NCBI RefSeq assembly: GCF_006345805.1
Contig: NC_042999.1
Location: 28,644,001 to 28,708,000, forward strand
Direction of reading: 5' to 3'
Length of the DNA: 64,000 nt
Source: Octopus sinensis
Taxonomy: Eukaryota
Positions 27,455 through 38,934 of this stretch are shown here, in pieces. The position numbers and the translations under genes were made by a program. Every line of letters begins with the position of its first letter. The first letter of the stretch is position 1. Below the pieces are notes generated by a model. It saw nothing but the letters and a program-made list of their open reading frames with translations. It did no database searches and was not told where the DNA came from.

Positions 27455-27543
27455 TTTCTTCCTGATGAGAAAGACACAATATGGTCCCATTATTCAATCG
27501 GATTTTGGTAATTTGTGCCTTTCGAAACACGTGTAGAATGAAA
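27455..27543 (+). ncRNA. Type I hammerhead ribozyme (right arm)
   Basis: tttcttc-CTGATGA (27462-27468); stem II gaaagacacaa/ttgtgcctttc (10 of 11 bp); GAAA (27524-27527); palindromic CACGTG; TA (predicted cleavage after A27535); gaa(t)gaaa closes stem I. Confidence 0.8.
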
Positions 27544-27600
27544 TAAAACGATTTCTGTTCAATCTGCGTTCAGCTCCATTTCTTCAATTCACCAATAATG

Positions 27601-27659
<59 letters not shown>

Positions 27660-27797
27660 ATATATATATATATATACATAGATATATTATATACATGTAT
27701 ACGTGTATGATTTATTTTTTAAGAGATAATATTCTCTATTTATAGAAGACAAACCTAATTGCTCAAGACATTTTAGCCAAAAATAGGAAAAATAATG

Positions 27798-27934
27798 ATG
27801 AAACAAAAGTACCGCTTACCAATATGCAAATAAGATATATTTCATTATAAAAATTATGTTCACAAAATCATATAAAAAATATGTAAATGCATAAAAAACA
27901 TATAAAATCATATGATAAAAATATGTAAAAACAT
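27798..27934 (+). repeat. Right arm of older outer inverted repeat
   Basis: Reverse complement of 24001-24139; begins with GAAAC-AAAA-GTA. Confidence 0.85.
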
Positions 27935-28019
27935 TAAAAATATATTAGAATATATAAATGTATTAACACAAATACACTAAAAATATATTAAAATTATACA
28001 AATATGTAGTACTATTTAC

Positions 28020-28598
28020 TGGCTTTTTTGCTACCACACCTTGTTCCACCACCTGCTCCTGTTCTACTTCTTGTTTCTGAGGACACCTTGCTTTCAGGTG
28101 TCCCCGTACTCCGCAGCGCTAGGAGATGTGGGTCTTCCATCCACTACCACTCTTAATTTAACATCCGCTGGCAACAAAATTTCGTTTACAATTTTATGCA
28201 GGTCCGGCAAATGGAGTTAGACCGTCACATGAAGGCTGTATCCGAACCAGTTTACCTCTGTTGTCCCCGTTACTTTCAGCACATTGGACTCCTCCTCCGT
28301 GTTTAAGAGGACGGCTGCCACCAGCCACGTGTTATCGATTTCTGGTAGCTCTCTGCCAATCCTAATTCTAGCCGTACGTTTGCCGTACGTTTTCTTTTCT
28401 GTCTCTTTCACTACCTCTTTTGGAGGGGTAAGCTTCAGTCTACTTCCTCCCTTGACTGGAAGTTCATTCGCCTTTTTGAATTCCTCTCGTCGAATTTCAC
28501 TTCTTTAACCTGCAAAATGTCGTTATTTAAACATCTTCTCACTCATTGCTGCTGTATAACTGACGGCTGGTTGGGTCTACATAACTTCGTTTCTTCAT
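28020..28598 (-). pseudogene. L1/Tx1-like ORF1 (gag-like) pseudogene with zinc knuckle
   Basis: MKKRSYVD...YGKRTARIRIG...WLVAAVL...KLRVVVDGRP / (frameshift) RCGVRGHLKARCPQ, a CCHC-like knuckle; in-frame stops present. Confidence 0.65.
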
Positions 28599-28862
28599 AC
28601 TTGTCACAAATGAAAAAAAAAAAAACTCCAGAAAATATTTTCTTAAAAATCGCAGTTCACAAAATTTACAGAAAGTTTTCTACCCCACGGGTAAAAAATT
28701 ACCGCTTTTCAAAGGAAAACAGTTCAATTTCAATTAAAATAAATCACTTCAAATAACACAAATTTAAAATAAACAGAACAGGAAAGGCACTCACATACCG
28801 CATGTAACAAACTTAAGACAACAACGTATCGCAGACGAAAAAGGCGTGGCCTTGGTAGCTTA

Positions 28863-29100
28863 GTTCTTTATTACTGGCACACGACTTAAACACATAGGGG
28901 TCATACACAGACATGCGGGAACAAAAAACACCTGAAAGGATGAATGCGAAATAAATTATATTTCAATGAAAATGGGACGGCTATCTTGCTCCCGCTCCGA
29001 GATGAAGCCGTGATTTCCTTTTTCCTTTAAAACTTTACATAACAATTTCCAGCCCCACCCCGAGGCGAAACCGCGACTTCCCTATTCATTTTCATCTTAC
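28863..29100 (-). repeat. UTR-like direct repeat, copy 1 (partner 30053-30275)
   Basis: ttctttattac...acatgcggga acaaaaaacac...ccgagatgaa...ctttacataac...cgcgacttcc aligns with 30053-30275; AATAAA on the minus strand at 28866-28871. Confidence 0.8.
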
Positions 29101-29213
29101 AATCCAAAACATTTTAAAACAACTATTCCTACAGGATTTACTTATTTTCTTTTTTCCTTTTCTTAAACCAAAATGTTTAACCAAATGTTTTGTACAGTTT
29201 TTACAGGTTCTAA

Positions 29214-29955
29214 TTAACATCTGGACGTGTTTGTGCTTTGCTGCGACTTCTTTTTTGTAGGTTGTGTTGTTTTGCAGTAGGATTCGAGTATGATGCGACT
29301 ATTGTTTGATGAGCGTTGCTGAGATGGAGAAAATGAAGTCATGTGCGACAGCGACGGGGTTTCGGACTTCCGTCGACAAATTATCACTAATCCATGGACC
29401 CACCACATGTGTTCGGCTTATCATGCCAATTCTCAGGTCTTCGCTTTCTTCCTCAGCTCTGAATTAAAAATGGCGGCTATTATTTACTCTGGGTCTATTG
29501 ACGGTGGGATACTTCCTACCTTAAATCGAACAATTCTTTTGCGCAGACAGTTTCGCATCAAAGTCCATTGTTCTCCATGTATCAGCCTGTTGGTGGTTTT
29601 TCCACCTCCTCTTCTGATAAAAACGTTACCACTATCGACGCACATCTCTTTCCTCTTCTAAAGAACGTTATGCTGTCTCCTATTTGTTCTTCCAAGATTT
29701 CTTTTATCTCTTCCTGCGGCTCGTGTTCCGTTCTTCTGTTTTCCTTCAAAAATTTTCTGAATATAACCATCTTCGTTTCCATTTTCACTCTTTCCTTCTC
29801 TGGCAGGGTCATTTTTGTATTTGACCCTTCCCTCTCTACCACAACATAATATTTGTTTATCGCCTCCTCATTCCATTATATCATCTCCGGCTTCAGTACA
29901 AGTGGGTCTAGGGGAGGGGAACTCGACCTCCTGTAGCCTCTGCGTAACTTCTCAT
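29214..29955 (-). pseudogene. Second diverged L1/Tx1-like ORF1 pseudogene
   Basis: MRSYAEATG...KMVIFRKFLKE...ITFFRRGKRCASIVVTFLSEEEVEK (RRM-like) / LRKRIVRFKVGSIPPSIDPE*IIAAI, homologous to YGKRTARIRIGRELPEIDNTWLVAAV of the neighbouring unit. Confidence 0.6.
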
Positions 29956-30052
29956 TTTTCTCAGGTGTTCACCACCACTCAAAGATGGTGGCTTCGCACA
30001 AAAATTCGGCTGGAGTTCTTCTAAAATCAAGAAAAACGGCTTGCTAGCTCGA

Positions 30053-30275
30053 TTCTTTATTACAAGCACAAGGCCTAATTACATAGGAGACATACAAAGA
30101 CATGCGGAAACAAAAAACACACGAAGATGAATATGAAATGAATAAAATTACAATGCAAATGGAACGGCCACCTCGCTCACGCACCGAGATGAAATCGTAG
30201 ATTCTTTTTCCTTAAACCTTTACATAACTTCTAGCCTCGCTCTGAAGCGATACTGCGACTTCCTTTTTCGCTTTT
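30053..30275 (-). repeat. UTR-like direct repeat, copy 2
   Basis: See 28863-29100; 30058-30186 is also present inverted at 31188-31316. Confidence 0.8.
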
Positions 30276-30339
30276 ACCCTAAAATTACACCTTTTTAACA
30301 AATGTTCATAGAGGATTTACTAATGTCTTTGTCAAACCT

Positions 30340-30480
30340 GATGACTGGGTTTTTATTGCCGAACAGTAGATTTACGCTGACGTAAACACACCAACACCGG
30401 TTGTCAAGTGGTAGTGGGAGACAAACACAAATGCACACAAACATACACACATACGCACATGCACACACAAGCACACACTC
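30340..30480 (-). mobile_element. SINE family A fragment
   Basis: gacgtaaacacaccaacaccggttgtcaag...gacaaacaca is the reverse complement of the family A body. Confidence 0.65.
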
Positions 30481-30499
30481 ACACACATATATGTATTTT

Positions 30500-31075
30500 G
30501 ATAAAACAAGGAGTCAACAATAATTGGCACTATCTTCACCTTTTTCATTTTCCAAAGCTGGATTTTTCGTACTTCGGAGGGTTGTATCTATTTGTATCTA
30601 TTGTATCTATTCGCCTTCTCTTTTGACTATTCGTTGATCAAAGGGGCAACATCAACTATATAGCATATGTGGTACACATTTTCCACCACAACTAGGTCCG
30701 GTACGTTATGTTCTACCATCTGGTCTGTTTACATTGGGAAATCCCAGAGGATTTCACTAGTCCCCGACCAGACAGCGATGATGAGGCTTTCAAGTATTCT
30801 TCTTTATGTCACCTTTGCTGTGACACCTCCATGATGCTTCCTAGTCTATTAATCTGTTAGTTTCCTGGTGGAACTGACCATGTAATACCTTGCGGAGTAG
30901 GATTTCTTTTTCCGTGTTAGTTGTTTGGGATTGGAATTCATGAGCACCCGCAAATTCATTTTTGGTAAATTCTTCTGCATTAGCAGCATACTGCAGCAGT
31001 TCTTCTTTGCTGATTAACAAATATTCTACTAGGTTTCTTTTTCATTGATGACGCACTCCCTTACGCTAACCATCC
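30500..31075 (-). mobile_element. R4/Dong-type LINE fragment (restriction-like endonuclease region)
   Basis: ILWDFPM*TDQMVEHNVPDLVVV...YIVDVA resembles the ILWDF.IQTD..I.HNRPDIV...IDVA motif. Confidence 0.7.
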
Positions 31076-31187
31076 AATTATTATTATTATTGAGTGAGAG
31101 AGCAGTTCATGCCATCAAAGTGACACTGGGGTAAAATATACGAAGCCCAATATACCCATCATGACTACCCGTCTGATAAGGGTACAC

Positions 31188-31314
31188 CGGTGCGTGAGCG
31201 AGGTGGCCGTCCCATTTGCATTGTAATTTTATTAATTTCATATTCATCTTCGTGTGTTTTTTGTTTCCGCATGTCTTTGTATGTCTCCTATGTAATTAGG
31301 CCTTGTGCTTGTAA

Positions 31315-31316
<2 letters not shown>
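31188..31316 (+). repeat. Inverted near-identical copy of 30058-30186
   Basis: 129 bp with about 2 mismatches by eye; runs into (ATT)n. Confidence 0.9.
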
Positions 31317-31381
<65 letters not shown>

Positions 31382-32050
31382 GTTATTATTGCTATTATGA
31401 AAACTCACAGCTAATTTTGCTGGGTATGATGGTAAGTGTCAGCTGTCTACAGCCAGCAGACGTAGGTGACACTTGTTTACTGGTTATGCTTCAAGAACCT
31501 TGCGGTGAATTCTATTCTTGCAGTTCAAGGCAATACTGACTTTTGTAGGTGTTCTTCCTTCACACTTCCTCCGGTCTTTTACAGCCATCCTGGTAGGTAA
31601 GTACTGATACTTCCAAATGCACCAATTCCAAATAGTATCACGTCTACTCTCAACATTTTGTAGGAACTCTATCGAGCATTCTATTTCGATCTATTTCGGC
31701 CTGTTGTCTATATCTTGGATTACAGTTCCCAACGCACCAATTCTTATAGACACGAACTTTATTGTTCGCATGCTCCAAATTCTTCGAATTTCATTTTTTT
31801 TTCATTTTCTTTCTATTTCTCTACGATCCTGAAATCACATGACCATGATGGGTCGATAAGAAAGCAACTTCGCTTTTCATAATCTATAATAATTATGTCT
31901 GGTCTATTATCTTCAACTTTCTTGTGCGTTTGAATAAGAAAGACCCACAAAATCTTGCCTTTCTCCGACTCCAGTACTCTTTCGATTCAATGATTGTACC
32001 ATGTTTTCCAGCTTCCATCCCCATTTCTGGCTTATTTCCAGATTATAACT
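31315..32050 (-). mobile_element. R4/Dong-type LINE 3' end with (TAA)n tail
   Basis: VLESEKGKILWVFLIQTHKKVEDNRPDIIIIDYEKRSCFLID...EIRRIWSM...IGALGTV...LQKSVL.TARI is a PD-(D/E)XK RLE domain, followed by a short UTR and the ATT array at 31315-31397. Confidence 0.85.
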
Positions 32051-34416
32051 TATAAAACGGTGTCGGGTTTCTATTTATTAATTTCTTCCTATTATTATCA
32101 TAATCGTTGTCATCAATATCATCAATATTTTAGGAGTCAGAAATCAATGTGTTCGTATCCAAAATACTATGACACACACCATCAACATAAGAAGCAAAGG
32201 AACCGATTGGTCAACTAGATAGACAGTCGAATTTTCTGGAATCTCACCCGAGCAAATTAGAATGAAATGAAAATGTTAATTAATCCTAGATATTCCAAAA
32301 GAGGGAAGGTTAAAACAGGTCTAACTATTCAGACAAGTCTATCTTTGTCGTCAACTGAACGTAGATATTGTGTTAATACACGGAGTATTGCCGTATTTTT
32401 TCTTGAGATGAACCCCTCGAATGGACACGTAGTGCATAAAATCATTCATACATACAAACATATATATATGTATATATATTGTGGACCCTTCTGCTACGGC
32501 GACTGGAACTAGATGAAGTGGTTTCCTTCGACTTGACCTTCTGTAGAGCAACGATCCGGTCACGGCATAACGTATGAATCTCCCAGTCAATGATATATAG
32601 AATTTCAGTGGCTATTCAGGCACTGGTGTCGCAAATAACTGGTAAGCTCTTTATAAGTAAATAGCCAAAGAAAAACACACACACTTATGTGCATGCGTAT
32701 ATATATATACATACAACAGTATGTTCTTTCATAATGTATGCTTTTAAATGAGTTTAAGAATGATGCACTTGATATCTTGAAACTGATTCTAGCGATAACT
32801 CACCGTCTATATATTTGAACGAATGTATAATATAATAGTAAATAAACTGTTGTTATGGACTTTTTTGCTTTTGCTTTCGTAACCGAGAGAAGAAAAAATA
32901 ACAATCACATTAACCGCGAAGGAATCATCTCACTTCCATTATTGACAATATAGCATTGACCCATCACATATTCTTCATCCCAAGTTTTATCTGAGATTAA
33001 CGGAAAGTTTGTAAACACAATGGTGTTGCATTTGAAAACTTGACTTGTTTTGTTCTCATTCCTTCTATCATTCTTTCTTTCTCTCTCACTCTGAACATCC
33101 TCTCCCTCTCTCCTTCTCTCTCTGCATACATACATATATATGAATGACATTCTTATGTGTTGTTATACATAGGTGCAAACATACAGAAATATTCGTATTT
33201 AATTCCTAAAGTACCTTGAAGAAATGTTTTTCTTGTCAAAATCATTCTTTGAAAGCAGATGTATATCTGTTGGGATCGTGACTTGAAAGCTTTCATTCAG
33301 AACATATAAAGAGGCTGACTTGTTTGTAAACATCCATGTTGTCAGCAAGTTACCAACGTTTGACTTTCCTCCTTCTTACATCTCAGTTAAAAGGAAACAG
33401 ATAAATAAATAAAACCAGACTTCTATACGAAAAATGTTCTTTCAGTTTTCTTCTAGAATATTCTTTTCTAAAATTGTTTATAACCAGATTTGAATTGTCA
33501 AACATCCTTATTTCTTTACAGAAGAGAAGCTGTCATATTTTTGAATAGATTATATCAATTATGTTTTTTTTTCTGTATGTTTCTTACCTTTGATTATTGT
33601 TATATCTGTTATTTTGAAAAAAATAAAGAAGAAAAAATTGAAGAAATACAAATCATAAAAAGTTCATATTTTTGTCATTTCTTTGGCAAGGTTTCTAAAA
33701 CCAGTAAACCACAGAGAATTTCATAAGTATGTTAGTTGAGATGATGAATCAAAAAAATATGTCGGCGAGCATTTTTTCATGTTTTTTAACGTAATAAAAG
33801 CAATGGCAATAATTTGAATTATAATATATGAATTCTACCGACTTAGTATAGCTGATCGAAATATATTGATGGGAATGAGATTAAGCAACATTTATATTTA
33901 TTCGAGAGTATTGGTAAGTGACGTGTAAAACAAGGGTATCGATTGATCTTTCTTTTTGGGAGAAATGCTGCTGATCAGAAAAATCGAATATCTAAATATT
34001 GTTCTAGAGGACAGAAAACCTTAATAAAAGTGTTGGAATCGAGTGATCTGCGCCCAATACGGTACTGTTGTTTTTGCAGTCAATGAGGGAGCATGACAAT
34101 TTCAATCGGTGTGATGCAAATATAATGAAAGTTTCCTTCAAATTACGCCATGGTGTTTTAAGAAAGGAAGCATATGGCATTATGTAGTATTAGAAATGAG
34201 TATGGCCTAAATTTTAGATGTAATGCTTTTATTTTGCAATTTGTACCTTATATTCCATTATTCCAAAATTACTAATTGAAGCCGGTATGTCCTATATGCT
34301 CCTCACCTTTCCTGTAGATGTAATGTAAGGACACCCTTAAAGGCTTCATATGAGAAAAGATGAGTTCATCCTTAGAAGTCCCTGTAGCTTAGGTTTCACC
34401 TAAATGCAGGGAATAT

Positions 34417-35380
34417 AGATCTTTTCTTGTTCATGGGCAGCTCGATTAATTAATTTTCTTTAAATAAATACTTTGAAACTCCATATACTGTTAGAATGTA
34501 TCATGTAGAACATATTTTAATCTTAGCGTTGTTGAGAAAAGTTTCTATTTACGAACTTGATTCGTATTAAAGTTGTCGTATTTTGGTAATTTCAACCAAT
34601 CAATGACGTGTATTCAGCTGAAAAACAGTACTACTGTTGATTGTCAACAACGACTATCGGCGGCGTATATTTCGTTTGTCACTCTTAGTTATGACATCGT
34701 TCGTACGTTTGTAGTGGGTTAGTTTAGGGTTAAGGGTTATGGTTTTAAGGTTAGGTTTGCGGTTTTAGGGTTAGGTTTACGGGAAAAAGGGAAAGATGAA
34801 GAAATTGGAGGGGGAGGGGTTACAGGTGTACAAAATATCTCAAAATTCCGATTTTTGGCAATTTTCCGGAATCTCCGTATCCGAAATATATGGGTTTTTG
34901 GTCTAAACAATTTAAAAAAACAACAATAATTTGCGAGAGAATGGGGTCCTGTGACGGTAGGAAATCTTTCCGAAAATAGTTTCTGAAAACAAGAAATAAA
35001 TCCTAAAGACAGTAGAAATGCACGAACGATTATAGTGGTGTCGTGAAGTAAACGTGTTTTAGATACACTCATTCATACGAACGTAATTGAGATTAAATAT
35101 GTCATAAATAAGAGTGACAGACGAAATATACACCGCCGGAAGTTGTTGTTGACAAACAACGACAGTAATTCTATTCAGCTGAATACACGTCACTGATTTG
35201 TTGAGGTTAACGAAATACGACAACTTTAACACGAAATAACTTCGAAAATAGAAAATTTTTGTCAAAAACGTTAAGATTAAAAGATGTTCTATATGACACA
35301 TTCTACCAGTATACGAAGTTTTAATGTGCTTAGTTAAAGAAAATTAATTAACCGAGCTCTCCATGAAAAGGATAAGATCC
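34417..35380. mobile_element. Non-autonomous DNA transposon (long-TIR MITE, 8-bp TSD; Merlin/hAT/P-like)
   Basis: ~280-bp imperfect inverted arms (34417-34710 and 35075-35380), flanked by direct repeat GGGAATAT at 34409-34416 and 35381-35388; termini (A/G)GATCTT. Confidence 0.85.
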
Positions 35381-35932
35381 GGGAATATTATTGCAGTCCC
35401 AGCAAGATACATGCAAATTAAAACGTAATTTAGTACTTAAATGAGAAAAAAAAAAACAGAAAACAAAAACAGAACTCATGTAAGTAAATTTCATACTCAT
35501 CATATAATACATATTACATTTGATTAGTACTCTATTGTACGTATAGTAGATTTGTAACCACGTTGGTAACTTGTCTCCTGTCTAACATGTGGTGATATAA
35601 TATATGGATGCTGGTCCTTTGATCATTATGTAGAATATAATGTACGAAAAAGTAGAAGAAAAATATTATAACTGAATTCATTTTTAAAAAGTATTCTTTT
35701 ACGTTTCCCACTTGTGGATATAAGTGACTTTCAAACTGTATCCAGCTGCACAAGTATTACGAAATATACGAACCATGATTTATGAAATTGCAATATCGCA
35801 TTGCATACATATTTTCCAGAAAAATGAAACAAAACCCAAAGTATAGCTCGTAAACCTACTAAAGATTATCACAATTTCAGCTGCAATATAAAAAGTGTAT
35901 GCTTTTATCCCAAAGATAATGATAATTGGATG

Positions 35933-36225
35933 TACATAGCCTAGTGGTTAGAGCAGCGGACTCGCGGTCGAGGGATCGCGTGTTCGAAGCTCAGACCGGA
36001 CGATATGTGTGTTTATGAGCGAAACACCTAAGCTCCAGGCGGTAATGGCGAAACTTCTGCTGACTCTTTCGCCACAACTTTCTCTCACTCTTTCCTCCTG
36101 CATCTTGCAGCTCACCTGCGACGGACCTGCGTCCCGTCCAGGTGGGGAAGCTATACGCCAACAAACCGGGAAACCGGCCCTTGTGAGCCAGGCATGGCTC
36201 GAGAAGGAACACATAACAACAACAA
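35933..36225 (+). mobile_element. tRNA-derived SINE family C (Meta/V-domain-like)
   Basis: A box tagcctagtggttagagc, B box gttcgaagc, domain cctgcgacggacctgcgtcccgtccagg...aaaccgggaaaccggcc, (ACA)n tail. Confidence 0.85.
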
Positions 36226-36537
36226 AGATAATGAAGTGATAAATAATAATAGAAAGAAATGACACCGCTAGAAAAATTGCCGTTTAAATCGAAAAGATCC
36301 CAAAATCTTCGTACCTCTTCGGATCACTTTCAGTATGAATTTCATTATTTTCTACAGATCCTTATCAAAATCTACCTTTGTTGCCACAGTTTTATGAAAC
36401 GTAATGAATAATCTACGGTTTATATGCGTGTGTGTCTGTGTGTATGTGTGAACGTGTGTATTCACGAGTATATCGGTATTTTGTGCGTGTGTGTGTGTGT
36501 ATAAATGTACCGAATAATTAACCTGTAACTATAATTC

Positions 36538-36690
36538 ACATCTTTACGTTCTGAGTTCAAATTCCACCGAGGTTGATTTAGCTTTTCATCCTCTCAGAAT
36601 CGATAGAAAAAAACCATCAGGGTACCAAGATCGATATGAAAGTCTTACCGTTATATCTAGAAATTGCTGGCATAGTGCCGAAAGTTTATA
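36538..36690 (+). mobile_element. SINE family B fragment
   Basis: tctttacgttctgagttcaaattccaccgaggttgatttagcttttcatcc. Confidence 0.7.
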
Positions 36691-37199
36691 CTAATAATAT
36701 AATTGGTTTGGATAACTCTCTGAATATACTCATATCAACCACATCATAGAAAAACATTATGGATTGAAGAAACGTCAGATAAAAGAACCTTAATCATGTA
36801 CGTTTGGAAATAAATGTAAAGGCAAATATTCTTTGACGGATTCAGAAGTTTGTTATTACGGATGGCATGGATAAGGACAGAGGATACTAAGAATGAAAAC
36901 AGATATAAAAATCTGTAAATAGATCGACATATCTGCAGATCCGTCGGCCGTATGAAATGTGGTTCGAAAATGGTTTAAATGTTTATTACAAGTCATTATT
37001 TAGTACGTAGTTTCACAAGTACTGTTATGTATAGATTGTCAATTCTGAAGAAATATTTATGTTGACAGATACATTGTTGTATCCCTGGTGTACACCTGAC
37101 AAGTTTATAAAATATTTAGGGTTTTTCTCCACAATAAAGATAAATTTCATATAATAGAATGCTCGATAATTCTATAAGACATATAAATATAAAAGTATA

Positions 37200-37259
37200 T
37201 ATTAATACATACATGTGTGTTCATACATACAAGCACATAGAAATATACATATATAAATG

Positions 37260-37302
<43 letters not shown>

Positions 37303-37520
37303 GTATATGCGTACATGCGTAGTTGCATACATGTATGGATGTATTTGTATACATGTATACATATATACATGTATATGTATAGATGTATATGTATAGATGT
37401 ATATGTATATGTATATATGTATATGTATAGATGTATACATGTATAGATGTATATGTATACATGTGTAGATGTATATGTATAGATGGCTATATAGATAGAT
37501 ATAAATGTTGTATGTGTGTG
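37200..37520. repeat. (TA)n/(ATGTAT)n low-complexity tract
   Basis: Directly visible. Confidence 0.9.
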
Positions 37521-38044
37521 TGAAGGAAAGAGAGTGAGAAAGGGATTGACAGACATAGAGAGAGAAATAGAGAAGCTTCACGTAGTATTTTTTATGTCGA
37601 GTACGCACAGTTCAGCATACCGATATAATGGGCAATAATTACATTCCATTGTTAGATATGCGTTTAGATATTCATATGATAGAACCGCCCAATCTTAACA
37701 TTATGCAAAGTATGAAAAATAATCGTATTACTTAATTCAACATATTGCACATTCGTAACAATATATCTGAATTTCATCACACAGAAGGCATTTCAATAAC
37801 ACAAAGGAATCAAAAAATGAAAATAAGTCATTCTCCAAAATAAACAAAATGTTTCATTAAAGGTTTATAGGAGTGAATAATGAGGCTAACATCTCATGAA
37901 ATGTTATCCATAAGTGTCGCTATCACTCCGCTCGTCTGTATATGCACACATATATGCATGTATATTTACATAGTCACATGCCTACGTTCACGCATGCATA
38001 TATCCATAGATACATGCATACATACATAGTACATACGCATATAT

Positions 38045-38049
<5 letters not shown>

Positions 38050-38128
<79 letters not shown>

Positions 38129-38174
38129 ACGTATATCTGTAAATATATATATATATATATCAGTAATAATAATA

Positions 38175-38213
<39 letters not shown>

Positions 38214-38240
38214 TAATAATAATAATAATAATAATAATAC
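38050..38240. repeat. (TA)n then (AAT)n microsatellites
   Basis: Directly visible. Confidence 0.95.
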
Positions 38241-38886
38241 TATGACAACAAAGGAATGACTGAGACCTCGATATTATGTAAATAGAGGAATTTAGCTATA
38301 AATATAATATGTGACAAATTAGTCAGTTATCATAATAAAACTTAGAGTTTCGGGGTTTCGGGTGTCGGGTTGAGACAAACAAAAATGTTATGAACATGAC
38401 CTTTGAATAAATGGAAATTAGTATGAAAATGGCATTTATTAAGACAAACAAAGGACCTATGAGATTGACCGTTAAATATAGGGAAATTTCCCGAATAAAG
38501 AGAAAGTAAAATCACTCGATGAGGGTAAAATACCGCTCATAGAATCCGGTTAAAAAGGCAATGAAGCTGAACAACCCACAACTAAGGACACCAAAAGGAA
38601 GAATTTAATGAACATGGGATTTGACTATACAAGTGTAAAGGAAGATACATTTCCACAGGACTTTGAACACTCTTTACTTTCAAACTTTACAGTGATTACC
38701 GCGCCCTCATCTCTTTCCCGTCCTACTTCTTGAAAGGTCATCTAGCCCTTGTGAGAACATATATGTGCCGAAATTGCGGTGATAATCTGGTGCATAACTG
38801 CAGAAAGAAATCTTCGAAAGATCCGTCCTTATTTTCCGTGTATCGTCTATCTGGATGTTTTGTTGTCCCTTTTTGTATTTTATATA

Positions 38887-38934
<48 letters not shown>

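Larger units (their letters stand above)
26083..27607 (+). mobile_element. 5'-truncated Penelope-like element, right arm of palindrome
   Basis: GIY-YIG ORF, ~750-bp non-coding pLTR-like region with a HHR, ends in (TA)n at 27607. Confidence 0.9.

Noticed and set aside
35933-36005. tRNA gene-like head
   Set aside because: Lacks a proper acceptor stem and continues into a SINE body and (ACA)n tail.
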